A stretch of DNA of 64,000 nt. It comes from a virus. The stretch lies in the IMG/VR virus record IMGVR_UViG_3300042691_015660. One strand, 5' to 3'. The notes under the pieces were generated by a model. It ran no database searches. It saw nothing but the letters and a program-made list of their open reading frames with translations, and was not told the origin of the DNA. This document shows, piece after piece, positions 1 to 10,734 of the stretch. Position numbers and translations under genes: made by a program. Position 1 is the first letter of the stretch. Each line of letters starts with the position of its first letter.

Positions 1-151
1 CTTTGCCAGGTTGTGTTAATTGGTCAAGTGTAGCTTGTAGAAACTTTTTATTACTAGATGTTCTATAAAATCTTGGTAATAAGTCAGCAGTTCTTCTTGG
101 TTCGTTACCAGTTGTTGGTAATCCAGATTCTTCTTGATCGTTAGTTGCCAT
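1..151 (-). CDS. Baseplate wedge protein (gp7-like), N-terminal part; runs off the window
   Basis: ATG at 151-149 overlaps the gp6 stop (TAATG). Reads MATNDQEESGLPTTGNEPRRTADLLPRFYRTSSNKKFLQATLDQLTQPGK; the LLPxFY..KKFL motif and the position after gp6 fit T4-like wedge proteins. Confidence 0.6.
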   Translation of the reverse strand, partial: MATNDQEESGLPTTGNEPRRTADLLPRFYRTSSNKKFLQATLDQLTQPGK

Positions 152-3100
152 TAGTCTTCAATTCCTGCGCTAGTTATAATCTGTTGTCCTGTCGCTGTGC
201 GACTTGCTATGATAGCACCACTTGCTTTTAACTTACTTGCCGTAACTGCTGTAATCACTTCTATATCAGATACTGTGCCGCCATTTACAAAAATTTGATC
301 TTTTTCGCACTTGATTTCATACAGAGCACCAAAAGTAAGTCCTGCTTGTTTTGGCACTATTACAAAATTTACAGCATAAGGGCTTAGTCTATTCATTACA
401 TAAGTAGCTAGCTCTGTAAAATAAAAAGTTTCTCCGAACTCCCAATTTTCTAAACTAAAAAATTCATTTATAGCAGAAAGAGCACTTGATTTGATATCAT
501 TATCACTGATTACTAGTTCTGAATTTTTTACAATTTTAAATGTTGCCTGTACATCTTGGGTTGCCTTTTCTCCAAATAAAATTTTATATTTCACTGGGTG
601 ATAAACAATTTCGTCACTAATTGATTTTATTTTGTTTAAATCTATACTCATTATACTGAATAATGTATCTTGACTAGGTGGCAAGGGCTCGGTATCTAAA
701 GAGCCATTCAACCACTGTCTAAAGTTTTGATCATATTGTTTTGTAAGAACGTATATGTCTATCAAATTTGTAATACCTGGATCAATTCTTGACTCGTAGT
801 CGGCATTATGTATATACTGAAACTTTAGACCTGCTCTTCCTATATAAACTTTATAATCAGTTGTTATTTCAAAAGTAGCACTAGCTAAAGAAAATTTATA
901 AACAGTATCAGTATCTTCAGAATATACATATTGTCCATCAGCAATTACTGCCAAGTTAGTAAAAGAATTTAATGATGGCGTAAACACAACTTTTTGATCG
1001 CTATTATCTACCCACCGATAATCTTCTTGTCCTACTGATATTTCATACTTTTCTAATATTATTTTTTTGTTAATAGTGGCTATAGTCGGAGCTACGATTT
1101 CTTCGAACAAAGTAGGAGTATCCACTACCCCATCGTCATCAGTATCACTAAATGTAACTTGTATCTTTTTAGTATCGACATATCCGTCTAATCCTTTAAA
1201 CTCTTCAGAAACTTCCCAGTCTCTATCAATAGTAAAAGGGACAATACTATCAGGTTGAGTGTTTATGTTTAAGATTCTAATTTTATCTTTAACAGTGGTA
1301 TTGTTTCTTGTATCATAAATTTTATCGCTAGCATCAAAATAAAATCTTACTTGATTTTCGCTTTCAAAAATATATCGTAAAAGTCTAGATTTTACAGTAT
1401 AAAATTCAGTATCGGTAGTGAACAATAACAACCAGCTAGAATCTAATTGTTGATTACTATTATCTCCCTGCTTCCCTAAACTAAATCTATTGTTTAAATT
1501 TAAATTAACTTCAAAAATAATTTTCCATGTACGAGATTGTATATCGTACCGTAATCCAAACGGCTTATTAGCAAAAATCAAATCTATCATTGTAGACACT
1601 GTATTATTGTCTATTGTGGTTCTCCATGACGGTATAATTTGATAGATTATTGCTCCTTGTGGAATAATATCATTAAAGGAAACAGGGCCTGTTCCGTCAG
1701 CGAAAATTCCATCGCCGCCTGCTGCGCCGTCGCCACTAACGGTTACAACTTTACACCATAAACTTGTAGCAGAATTTTTGACATTAGCTGTACCCCTAAC
1801 TAATTTGTTTTCGTCAGCCTTATCAAAATAGTAACCATCAGGTGGTCTAAATTCAACCAGTGCTCCTGATGTTAAGAATCTCAAAGCTGTACTTGTAAAA
1901 GAGCCTAACTTATAAGGAATAGGATCTGTATCATAAGCAATGCTCGGGTCTCTAATATCACTAATATAACCTGTACAAAGATTAGTATCTACTGTTCTTC
2001 TATACCATGCTACAGATAAAGAATCAGTAATAACTGTAGTAAAATTACTATAATAAAAATCTCTTAGCGTGTCAGATTTCAAAGCTTCAATAACTGTATT
2101 ATAAATTATTGCTTCAATGTCTGTTCTATTTTGATAGCTAAATTTAAAACTATCACTAAACTCTTCTTTATAGATAATGCCGTCATCGGCGAATAAATTT
2201 GTCTTGCTGTATTTTCCTGTAGGATCTACTAAATCAAAATATCTGCTAATCCCGCTAGAACTTCTATTCACTGCTTTTATTTTAATAATTTGTTGATTAA
2301 CACTTAACGGACTAATATTATAATCTTCAGCAGTAATCATGCGATTCTGTGTATAATAAGTAGCTGGAGCTCTAGATTTAATACTGTCATTACTTTCAGT
2401 TTCAGAACTATTATCAACACTTGATTGTAAACTTAAATTAATTGTAAGAGTTTCTACTTGCGCATTATTACTAATATAAGGAATACCGATGCTGATATTT
2501 CTAATATCTTTTGGATTAATTGTATAACTTATACCATTACTAGTTCTGTAGTAAACTCTAAAAGTTCCCCTTGGTATATTACCAAATGTTCCGTCGCTAA
2601 ACAGCAGACTTACTCTATCACCTGCTCTAGTAATAGCACTATAAATGTTTCTTACAGATTTTTTAAGGCTGTTATAAATGATATTATTACCTTCTAAACT
2701 TGGAACTTGCTGCCAATATTCAGTTTCCAAGCCATTTTGGTCAAGGCGATATAACCATATATCAGTGTTATTGATATTCACCGCATCAATATCAATACTT
2801 TCACTTGTACTAGGCTGTGTAATGTCAAAAGTTCCTTGACTTAGTATACCTTGTCTAAAATGTAAGAAAAATCCTGTATTGGTGCTAGCATTTCCTTTAC
2901 CGTCATTTCTAAAAATAAACGACAATCTATTGCCTATCGCTGGAGGTTCTTCATAGATATCTGATGAATTTCTAAAAATGGTCGATACTACCTCAAACGG
3001 CATAGTTCTACCGTCTACAGATTTTTGAAAACTATAAACAGGAGCATCTGTGTTAGCACTTTGAAATCTATATTGCTCGGTTGGAATACCGTAAATCGTA

Positions 3101-3630
3101 GACTTGTCATCTGGATTTCCAAACTGTCTGCTCGATGGTAAAGCTGCGTTAATTACTTTGATAAACTGATCGTACCAACTAACATTAGCAGGATCGTTCC
3201 ATAAAACAATCTGTCCTGAAAGATTTCTGCCGTTAGAATCAATCACAGTTTGAGTAGTGCTCACACTGCTAAATTTTAGTAATCCACTACCTGCTATGTT
3301 TCTTTTTGGATTATAACTTAATAATCTAGCCAGACGTAATACACTTTCCCTACGTTCAGCTAACTCTAAAAAGTTATCCCGTGCGTTAAGATCTGTACGG
3401 AAGCTAATACTCTGCCCTAGAAAAGCTATTAAATCAATTAAAGCAAGATATTCAGAACTTTCGATATAATCATTAAAATCTTCTGGATAATTTTCTCTAA
3501 TGTAATTAATCATCACCCTACGGAGATTTTCAAAATCATAACTTTGAAAATCCGCATTACGGAATGTTTGATAAATTCTTTTCCAGTCTTCGGCTACTAG
3601 TAATCTGTTTTGTCTATCAGTTGCTGACAT
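151..3630 (-). CDS. gp6: Baseplate wedge subunit gp6-like
   Basis: DFENLR, NDYIESSE..LIDLIAF, FLELAERRESVLRLARLLSYNPKR, FSDGTFGNIP and QNRMITAEDY are gp6/baseplate-J motifs. Confidence 0.88.
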   Translation of the reverse strand: MSATDRQNRLLVAEDWKRIYQTFRNADFQSYDFENLRRVMINYIRENYPEDFNDYIESSEYLALIDLIAFLGQSISFRTDLNARDNFLELAERRESVLRLARLLSYNPKRNIAGSGLLKFSSVSTTQTVIDSNGRNLSGQIVLWNDPANVSWYDQFIKVINAALPSSRQFGNPDDKSTIYGIPTEQYRFQSANTDAPVYSFQKSVDGRTMPFEVVSTIFRNSSDIYEEPPAIGNRLSFIFRNDGKGNASTNTGFFLHFRQGILSQGTFDITQPSTSESIDIDAVNINNTDIWLYRLDQNGLETEYWQQVPSLEGNNIIYNSLKKSVRNIYSAITRAGDRVSLLFSDGTFGNIPRGTFRVYYRTSNGISYTINPKDIRNISIGIPYISNNAQVETLTINLSLQSSVDNSSETESNDSIKSRAPATYYTQNRMITAEDYNISPLSVNQQIIKIKAVNRSSSGISRYFDLVDPTGKYSKTNLFADDGIIYKEEFSDSFKFSYQNRTDIEAIIYNTVIEALKSDTLRDFYYSNFTTVITDSLSVAWYRRTVDTNLCTGYISDIRDPSIAYDTDPIPYKLGSFTSTALRFLTSGALVEFRPPDGYYFDKADENKLVRGTANVKNSATSLWCKVVTVSGDGAAGGDGIFADGTGPVSFNDIIPQGAIIYQIIPSWRTTIDNNTVSTMIDLIFANKPFGLRYDIQSRTWKIIFEVNLNLNNRFSLGKQGDNSNQQLDSSWLLLFTTDTEFYTVKSRLLRYIFESENQVRFYFDASDKIYDTRNNTTVKDKIRILNINTQPDSIVPFTIDRDWEVSEEFKGLDGYVDTKKIQVTFSDTDDDGVVDTPTLFEEIVAPTIATINKKIILEKYEISVGQEDYRWVDNSDQKVVFTPSLNSFTNLAVIADGQYVYSEDTDTVYKFSLASATFEITTDYKVYIGRAGLKFQYIHNADYESRIDPGITNLIDIYVLTKQYDQNFRQWLNGSLDTEPLPPSQDTLFSIMSIDLNKIKSISDEIVYHPVKYKILFGEKATQDVQATFKIVKNSELVISDNDIKSSALSAINEFFSLENWEFGETFYFTELATYVMNRLSPYAVNFVIVPKQAGLTFGALYEIKCEKDQIFVNGGTVSDIEVITAVTASKLKASGAIIASRTATGQQIITSAGIED

Positions 3631-3683
3631 ACGCTATTCCCAATTATACAATATTTAGCGTATTTTGAAATGTGCGTATTTAA

Positions 3684-4124
3684 TTAATAGATGGAGTTTG
3701 TTTGATCAAATCTAAGTTGAAGTGTCTCGCTGATATTATAAGGTAGATAGGTTAATCTACACTCAATTTGAATACCACTTTCATAGCTAGTGACAACAAT
3801 TTGATCAGGAATTACGCGAGGATCGTAGTTAACAATTGTTTCTACGTTATTTTGAATAAGAGTTTTAATTTCTTCTGTTAACGGCTCGAATAAGCAATCC
3901 CAAATAATTGTTCCGAATTCAGGATTTTCTAACCGTTCTCCTTGTCTGATATGAAAATGATTAAGAATATCTTGTTTGATTAAGGATAAATCGTATAAAG
4001 CAAAACTGTTGGCGTCAGGGCTTACAGTACTAAAACCTTTATATGTTTTAGTGCCTGGGATTTTTTGTCCTGACAAGTCTCCTTTCAGAACAATTTTATC
4101 GTAAAGACGAGAATTTGAGCTCAT
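3684..4124 (-). CDS. gp25: Baseplate wedge subunit gp25
   Basis: IKQDILNHF..RQGERLENPEFGT.IWD.LFEP..YDPRV is the gp25/GPW signature. Confidence 0.92.
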   Translation of the reverse strand: MSSNSRLYDKIVLKGDLSGQKIPGTKTYKGFSTVSPDANSFALYDLSLIKQDILNHFHIRQGERLENPEFGTIIWDCLFEPLTEEIKTLIQNNVETIVNYDPRVIPDQIVVTSYESGIQIECRLTYLPYNISETLQLRFDQTNSIY

Positions 4125-4135
4125 AGTGTTATTTA

Positions 4136-5818
4136 TTAGTCACCTTGAAGCTTCCTGAATGGGTCAACTGCAGTACTGTAAGTTTTCCAACTACTAGCAG
4201 GGGTGAGCATGGTTACTGAAAATTCTGCTTGATCCTTAAGTTGTTCCTCGTCGGTATCTTCATATCTACCTTCGATATCTCTATCAGTTTGTTCGGGTTT
4301 AACTTTAAGAGGATCAAGATTTTCGTGATGCGGATAAGGTTCGTGTGTAATAATTCGACGCATAATAGAAGGTTCTAATGGAAGTTCATCCTGATTTGGA
4401 AGCGTATGTAACTTTAATCGTTGAGGCAGTTCAGCCTCTTTAGCTTTGGCTGCTTCGGTAGCAGCAGGTCCATTCATATGAATCAATGCTGCAGTTTCGA
4501 TATGATTCCCGCCACTTTTAATTTCTGTAGTTTTTCCTGCTGTAAACCAATTATGGCCTGTGGTATTAAAATCTGTGTCTTTGAGCACTGTAACTTTATG
4601 ATTTTCATCGTATAATTTTTCAACATCTTTTTTTACATGATGTTTATATGATAATTCATAAGTTTTATCTACTTCTTGTTTTACATGAATTTTCTGTTTG
4701 CCGTCTACAATTAAAATTTGATCCATCATTACATGAGTGTGTAATTCGCTACCAACCTTAATGTTCATATTTCTTACACATTCTAAATTTATATCCCTAT
4801 CAGCAAAAAAGTTAAGATCTTGTTTAGTATGTACGCTAATACTGTCTTCGGCAAAAATGTCAATCTTGCCGTCACTAGTTAGTTCTATCCAAGCGGTCCC
4901 TTTACTATTTCCAATATAAATCAAGTCTTCGGAATTGTGTAATAAAATTTGATGGCCGGTCCGTGTTCTAAATCTAATACACTCATTGTGCGGAATAGTA
5001 TTATCACCGTCTGTTTCGCCGTTAAGCAAATTACTGTATTCAGGAGGGCCATCACTAGCAGGAGTTTTTCGTATAAATTTGTCATTGCCATCGTCCATAA
5101 CAAAAGTAGATCCGCCTAGTCTACTTACAAAAGCTCCATCGATTAAATGTTCAGCTTTGCCTACTTTGCCTCTTTTTCCATTTTTGTCAACGGGCCCAGG
5201 TGTACTGATTCCAAATACAGCACTTGGAACTTCCCTTCTAGCTGAACTAGTTGTAATACCCCGTGTATCGTCTTTTATAAGACCTTGTTTGATTAAAAAT
5301 TCTGTGATAGGATGTTGTGGTTTTGTACGTTTTGTTGGATCGTAGTAAGTTGAATTGGCAAGTTTATTGTATTCTGCTGTAGGAACACGTTCACTGTCGT
5401 CAGTTTTAGTATCACCGACTACATATTCTGTAGCGGCAAGACCTGGAACCATAAAGTTCATACCTTCGTCTTGTACACAACCAATCCAATAACCTTTACG
5501 GGGATCGCCGCCAATAAAAATTACAACCACTAATGTGCCAGGATCGGGCGGTACAAACCACATACCGTAACTTTTTTGTGTATTATTATAATCGTCAGTG
5601 TCTGTGACATGTTCGGCACCAGTGACACCATAAAAAGGATTTAGATACTTTACTATTGTTAGCTGCCCATCAGAATTTACATCACCGCCGACTTCTCGCA
5701 TGACTTGAACTTCTAAACATCCCATATATGTAGGATCAAGATGACTTACCACTTTTGCTAAAAAAGGCCCTGGATCAACAGGGGTGCTACCGGATTGTGG
5801 TCGTGTTTCTATTGCCAT
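4136..5818 (-). CDS. gp5: Baseplate hub/central spike gp5 (VgrG-like), no lysozyme domain evident
   Basis: N-terminal OB-fold (DPTYMGCLEV..GMWFVPPDPGTLVVVIF..GYWIGC), RTRTGHQI and beta-helix repeats ending IHMNGP. Confidence 0.8.
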   Translation of the reverse strand: MAIETRPQSGSTPVDPGPFLAKVVSHLDPTYMGCLEVQVMREVGGDVNSDGQLTIVKYLNPFYGVTGAEHVTDTDDYNNTQKSYGMWFVPPDPGTLVVVIFIGGDPRKGYWIGCVQDEGMNFMVPGLAATEYVVGDTKTDDSERVPTAEYNKLANSTYYDPTKRTKPQHPITEFLIKQGLIKDDTRGITTSSARREVPSAVFGISTPGPVDKNGKRGKVGKAEHLIDGAFVSRLGGSTFVMDDGNDKFIRKTPASDGPPEYSNLLNGETDGDNTIPHNECIRFRTRTGHQILLHNSEDLIYIGNSKGTAWIELTSDGKIDIFAEDSISVHTKQDLNFFADRDINLECVRNMNIKVGSELHTHVMMDQILIVDGKQKIHVKQEVDKTYELSYKHHVKKDVEKLYDENHKVTVLKDTDFNTTGHNWFTAGKTTEIKSGGNHIETAALIHMNGPAATEAAKAKEAELPQRLKLHTLPNQDELPLEPSIMRRIITHEPYPHHENLDPLKVKPEQTDRDIEGRYEDTDEEQLKDQAEFSVTMLTPASSWKTYSTAVDPFRKLQGD

Positions 5819-8346
5819 TATGCGAATCTTCCTCCGGTATTTACTATCCCTGGTAATCCAGGATTTGGTGGTGAAGTATTAATATTATTTGTTTGATTAG
5901 TAGTACTGCCATAATAACTACTACTTGAATTATTAACTGATTGAGCAGCAGGACTTCTTTGAGCTTGTGACTGAGCAGTGTACCCACTACTTTCATTATT
6001 AACTATAGTTTCGCTCTTTACTTCTTTTTTTGGCTCTTGGCCAGGTAATCTCACTAATTGAAGAGTTTGTTTAAATTTATTAGAAGTAATATTGTTATCT
6101 ACACTTATTACACTGAATAGTCCGCTAAATTGTGCTACTGGTTCAGTGTCTCTAAAATCCCAGGTTCCTTTTTGTAGGTCGATATCAATAGGTGTTCTAA
6201 AATTAACTTCTACAACTACTTCTCCATTTTGATAATTTATAGATCCGTCGCTTGTAAGATTATCATATCCTTTTGTTTCCTTGGCACTATAATTGCCCAT
6301 TCCGCTATCAGCAATATAATAAGGATCTCCTAAAATTTCAAGCTCTAAATTGATCATATCTGTTCCATTAGTTATCACATCTTGAAACTGTCTTGCTACA
6401 ACTGTGGCACGATCATCTGCTGCGCCAGCACCTCCTAATTTAGCAGTTTTTGATGCTGTTTGATCATAACGTATTTGTGTAGGATTTTCTGGCAGGCCAG
6501 CAGAAGTTCTACTAACAGTTGGTAGAAAAATTCCTACACCGCCTGATGAGGCACTACCTGGAGTTTTTATTCTATTATCTTCTTCTGCTGCTTGTCCTGT
6601 GTTTTCTTTAATGCGTTCACCTTCGGAATTTTGTCCTTTATCGGCAAACATAGCTGTATAAAATCCTGCTTGGAAACTAATATTAAAATTTAAAATTTCA
6701 GTATTCTTTCCTGTATAGATATAATCGTATCTTTTTAATGCTTGTTTTTGTAATTGCTCTACGCCTTTTTTCTTAGAATCAACAGGCATGAATCTTGCAC
6801 TATCTACCTTATATGGTACAACTCTAAACACTACACATTTTGGTTTAGTGCCTACTTTAGAATCTTCTTGCGGAATATTATAAACCTGAGTTTCAATTCT
6901 AAACCATATTATTTGACCTTCTGGAGTTATTTGCTCAGAGTTTAATGCATTTCTTCCGTAATCACTATTCAATATTACATTAGTAATGATATCTGTGATT
7001 AAAGCACCTTGAGCAAAATGAAATTTAGAATTATTAAGATCAATTTCAATAGATCCAATTTTTACAATACCTTTTTCTTTGTCATAACTATCAGCATCTT
7101 TAGCAAATGGTGTTTCGCCTTTAATTTTATCGTTGAATCCCATCAGTGCCTGGCCAATATCGTTTACTGATTTAGTATCTGACTGAACTCTTGTGGCGTT
7201 AGCGCCTTGACTAACTCCTAATTTATTATAAAATGCCGATGCTCCTCCTGCTACACCAGGGGATGTTGTGGCACTCTTTTCGGATAATTCATTACTGGTA
7301 ACTGTATTTCCTGATCCAGGAGCAGATGTTAGGTCCCTAGGAAAAACTATAAGTATTTCGTCAGGAACATCTACTCTGCCTGCTTTCTTGGCTTCTTGTA
7401 ATCTACGATTTAACACTTCTTGTAAACTGTTAGCTCCAGTTTGTAATAAATTTTGAATAGTATAAGGACCGCCTTTATCACACTCTATACCTATATCAGT
7501 TTTAACTTCATTAAATGTTTGAGAATAACCTTGTTCATTCCAAGGAATTGCTTCTACAGCGTATTCGCATCCTTTGCCTGTAACCTGCATAGACAGCTCT
7601 CTTAATTTAATAGGTATCTGTCTTACTACTAATGAAACTTCTTTGTTTAGGTCAGTCCACCCCTTCCACTCCATAGTTAATAATAAAGGAACTTGTGTAT
7701 AATTTTTATGTCCTGCTTCATACGCTCCTATTTGTAAAGCTTGAAAAAATAAGCCCATACTGTACGGCTCAATAATAGTAAACGATAAACTAGTTGCATT
7801 AGAGACGCCTGTTGTTTTGTTTAGTCCCATAATAGTGTTCATTCTAAAATTATCTATATAAAAATTATAAGATCCAAACGCTGTTTTTATTAATTGATCA
7901 GTTGGGGCTCCGTTAGCAGATTTTAAAATAATAGGTCCTAATTGACCTTTTTTATAAGTTAAATCAGGAAAATTTATAGCTTCGTCACTTAACACACTAA
8001 GAGTAAAAATTAAATTTACCGAAACATATTGTCCTAGCTGATTAGGCAAAGGCGGTTTAAAATCTGGAGGCGGTGCTACTTTAGTTTGACCAACGTCGTA
8101 ACTAGTAGCCACATTAACACTTTGTGCTGCACTATTAAAATTAATTCCTGAAGCATCAAGTCCTGGTATTCCTAAACCAGCGGCATCGAAACTTGGAAGT
8201 CCACCTATAACAACTTTTTTAAGTTGATCTAGCGCAGGACCAACTGCAGATCCTCCATTTTTAGCAGTAATATCTGTGACAGCTTTTGCTATTTTTTCAG
8301 AAGCAGTTGTTGCTCCTTTAGTAATTTCTTTTTTAAAATCTACCAT
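5818..8346 (-). CDS. Baseplate hub protein (gp27/gpD-like)
   Basis: Lies between gp53 and gp5; C-terminal LEILGDPY and FSGLFSVISVDN..FKQTLQLVR motifs typical of hub proteins. Confidence 0.6.
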   Translation of the reverse strand: MVDFKKEITKGATTASEKIAKAVTDITAKNGGSAVGPALDQLKKVVIGGLPSFDAAGLGIPGLDASGINFNSAAQSVNVATSYDVGQTKVAPPPDFKPPLPNQLGQYVSVNLIFTLSVLSDEAINFPDLTYKKGQLGPIILKSANGAPTDQLIKTAFGSYNFYIDNFRMNTIMGLNKTTGVSNATSLSFTIIEPYSMGLFFQALQIGAYEAGHKNYTQVPLLLTMEWKGWTDLNKEVSLVVRQIPIKLRELSMQVTGKGCEYAVEAIPWNEQGYSQTFNEVKTDIGIECDKGGPYTIQNLLQTGANSLQEVLNRRLQEAKKAGRVDVPDEILIVFPRDLTSAPGSGNTVTSNELSEKSATTSPGVAGGASAFYNKLGVSQGANATRVQSDTKSVNDIGQALMGFNDKIKGETPFAKDADSYDKEKGIVKIGSIEIDLNNSKFHFAQGALITDIITNVILNSDYGRNALNSEQITPEGQIIWFRIETQVYNIPQEDSKVGTKPKCVVFRVVPYKVDSARFMPVDSKKKGVEQLQKQALKRYDYIYTGKNTEILNFNISFQAGFYTAMFADKGQNSEGERIKENTGQAAEEDNRIKTPGSASSGGVGIFLPTVSRTSAGLPENPTQIRYDQTASKTAKLGGAGAADDRATVVARQFQDVITNGTDMINLELEILGDPYYIADSGMGNYSAKETKGYDNLTSDGSINYQNGEVVVEVNFRTPIDIDLQKGTWDFRDTEPVAQFSGLFSVISVDNNITSNKFKQTLQLVRLPGQEPKKEVKSETIVNNESSGYTAQSQAQRSPAAQSVNNSSSSYYGSTTNQTNNINTSPPNPGLPGIVNTGGRFA

Positions 8347-8347
8347 G

Positions 8348-8647
8348 TTATAATCCTAACACTGTTTTTAAACTATTACCTTTAGGAATATAGATCTTAG
8401 TTCCTGCTACAAAATCATAAACAGGGTCTTGAATGACATCTAAGTTTCTTTGTGTAAATACCCACCATAATTTTGAATCGCCGTATAAATCATAGGCTAA
8501 TAAATCGGGTCGGTAAGTGTATTGAGGTTCTATCGTATACAAAAAATCGTCAGGCTCAGCACTTACTGGGCGTATAGTTAATACAGCAAGATAATTATTT
8601 TCAACTGGAGTGTCTTTCCAAGGACTTGAAGGTTTATAAACTGCCAT
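8348..8647 (-). CDS. gp53: Baseplate wedge gp53 (LysM-like)
   Basis: YRPDLLAYDLYGDSKLWWVF..N motif. Confidence 0.88.
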   Translation of the reverse strand: MAVYKPSSPWKDTPVENNYLAVLTIRPVSAEPDDFLYTIEPQYTYRPDLLAYDLYGDSKLWWVFTQRNLDVIQDPVYDFVAGTKIYIPKGNSLKTVLGL

Positions 8648-9681
8648 TAATTATATCCTATCTGATTATTCACATAAGCTCCTTGAACAAACGATTGTAA
8701 ATTAAATTCTCTAATCGCTTGTCTGCTATAAATTGGTTGAAGACCAATTTGAAATGAACTTTTTACCGGCACATGACTATCTCCATACATTGCTTGTATC
8801 TGTTGTTGTTGACCAGGTGATCCGCTTTTATTCTTGTTATCTAATCCGCTGATAAATGCTCCTGCGTTCTGTAAACCGCCTGCTTGTAAGGCAGCACCCG
8901 CAAGACTTAACCACCCCCCTGATTGAGCTACTGGAGCAGCCGCTGGGGCGCCGGCAGGCCTTGAAACGTCTTTACTCATACTAGTCGAAATATAATTTGT
9001 ATCTGCACTTAAATCAACTTGAAAACTAGTAACTACTACAGGAATATTTTTAAATACAAAATCACCGTATCCGTTTAAATATACGATCGGTGGAGGATTT
9101 CCTTGTTCGGCACCAGAATTCGCTCCAGTAAACATCTTGGTCACTGATCTAAAATAATGAACTGCTGCTAACCAATATTGGGCTTGTACTGCATCTTCAA
9201 CAAAAAAAGGCGCATTGATAGTAATCCTTTCAACTTTACTATTTTGATAGGTTATAAATTGAAAGTTGTTATGTACAATAGATTGTTCCTCATAATTAGC
9301 ACTGCTTGAAATATTAATTGACGGAGTATAAGGAAATATCATTCCTCCAGCAGCAACTAACGGTTTTAAAACATAGCTACTTTTGAAAGTGCTTACATTG
9401 GGCAAACTTAATCTTACACGCCAATCTTTGTCTGCTTCTGTGCCTCCCCAGGAAGCACCTGTATTTCCTATAGGTTTAAATGTGTTGCCGCCTGCTGGTA
9501 AATTAAAACTTCTTAGATTGGATAGCAATTTTGATGGATCTGAAAGATTATTCAAAATTCCAGAAAGATTTCCGACTGGACCTAGCGCAGATCCTAAGTT
9601 AGTAGGACTTGATCCTACACCTCCGATATTTTTTACAAACGTTGTAGCACCAGACTTTAGTGTGTCAAATAAATTTGCCAT
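8647..9681 (-). CDS. Baseplate/tail-tube initiator (gp48/gp54-like)
   Basis: FPYTPSI and PPPIVYLNGYG..KNIPVVVTSF motifs of the tube-protein fold; context. Confidence 0.65.
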   Translation of the reverse strand: MANLFDTLKSGATTFVKNIGGVGSSPTNLGSALGPVGNLSGILNNLSDPSKLLSNLRSFNLPAGGNTFKPIGNTGASWGGTEADKDWRVRLSLPNVSTFKSSYVLKPLVAAGGMIFPYTPSINISSSANYEEQSIVHNNFQFITYQNSKVERITINAPFFVEDAVQAQYWLAAVHYFRSVTKMFTGANSGAEQGNPPPIVYLNGYGDFVFKNIPVVVTSFQVDLSADTNYISTSMSKDVSRPAGAPAAAPVAQSGGWLSLAGAALQAGGLQNAGAFISGLDNKNKSGSPGQQQQIQAMYGDSHVPVKSSFQIGLQPIYSRQAIREFNLQSFVQGAYVNNQIGYN

Positions 9682-9700
9682 TTTGGTTTCCTTTATTCAT

Positions 9701-9706
9701 TATTTA
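9701..9706 (-). promoter_or_regulatory. Late (gp55-type) promoter for the baseplate operon
   Basis: TAAATA on the minus strand ~20 nt upstream of the ATG at 9681, abutting the divergent -35 box. Confidence 0.65.
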
Positions 9707-9707
9707 G

Positions 9708-9736
9708 TTGACAAAATTAAGTGCGTAGTTTACAAT
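9708..9736 (+). promoter_or_regulatory. Sigma70-type early promoter for the gp55 operon
   Basis: TTGACA (9708-9713), 17-nt spacer, TACAAT (9731-9736), then AAGGA SD before ATG 9758. Confidence 0.85.
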
Positions 9737-9757
9737 CTTACAACAAGGAATTTTTAA

Positions 9758-10579
9758 ATGAAAGTTAATTACTTAAACAACAAAGACTTACTAGAAGAAA
9801 TACATAAATCCAAAAACACCTACTGCTCATTTGTTAAGCCAGAATATCACAGATATGATATTATCTTACCTAATATTGACAAAATTAATATAAGAACTAT
9901 CGCAGAAGCCAAAAGAGCACAAGCTAAAAGACTAAGTCAACGAGCATACGAAGTACGAAAATTGGCAGGCGAAAAAGTCAAACTAGCCGAGTGCGAAGTT
10001 GACTACAAAAAAATAGCCAAAACAGATCTAATCTTTAGAATTATGACATTTGATCATATTCCGTTAAACAGTACACGTAAAAAAAATCCAAAAACTACTG
10101 CAGATGGAAGAGATAAAGTAAACTTTCCTCCGTTTCAACATTGGAAATTTAATGACGAGGATGTCCTAGAATGTGTAGGGAAAAGCCATTGGAAGGGCGG
10201 ATTAGAAAAAGGCAAATTCAATAAGGATCATGGACAAATTACTAACACACTAGCTCGTATGTACATTAAATTATGTGAACGATATGCTACACGAGGTAAT
10301 GTTCGTGGATATACTTACAATGATGAAATGCGAGGACAGGCAATTTTACAATTGACTCAAATAGGATTACAATTTGACGAATCAAAATCAGATAATCCGT
10401 TCGCTTATTTTACTGCTGCTGTTACTAATAGTTTTGTTAGAATCATTAACATTGAAAAGCGTAATCAAGTTATCAGAGATGATCTTTTAGAAATTAATGG
10501 AATGAATCCTAGTTACAGTAGAACCGGACAAGGGGAATATGCTGCTGCTTTAAAAAGAAACGAAGGATACGACGAATGA
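9758..10579 (+). CDS. gp55: Late-transcription sigma factor gp55
   Basis: NYLNNKDLL, RGYTYNDEM, FDESKSDNPFAYFT...F.RII..EK motifs; located upstream of gp47/gp46 as in T4. Confidence 0.9.
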   Translation: MKVNYLNNKDLLEEIHKSKNTYCSFVKPEYHRYDIILPNIDKINIRTIAEAKRAQAKRLSQRAYEVRKLAGEKVKLAECEVDYKKIAKTDLIFRIMTFDHIPLNSTRKKNPKTTADGRDKVNFPPFQHWKFNDEDVLECVGKSHWKGGLEKGKFNKDHGQITNTLARMYIKLCERYATRGNVRGYTYNDEMRGQAILQLTQIGLQFDESKSDNPFAYFTAAVTNSFVRIINIEKRNQVIRDDLLEINGMNPSYSRTGQGEYAAALKRNEGYDE

Positions 10580-10734
10580 TAAAATACATCACAGTAAAGC
10601 TTCCAGAAGGAAATTTTTTAAAATTAGTGTTTACAAGAATGACTGAACAAGATAACTGGATATGTCAAATGGAAGACTCGATGATGTCAGACGTACAAAA
10701 AATTATAGGAAAAGACATATATGGGCCTTTTTAA
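10576..10734 (+). CDS. Small hypothetical protein (52 aa), below ORF-track cut-off
   Basis: ATGA overlap with the gp55 stop; MIKYITVKLPEGNFLKLVFTRMTEQDNWICQMEDSMMSDVQKIIGKDIYGPF fills the gap and overlaps the gp47 start. Confidence 0.5.
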   Translation: MIKYITVKLPEGNFLKLVFTRMTEQDNWICQMEDSMMSDVQKIIGKDIYGPF

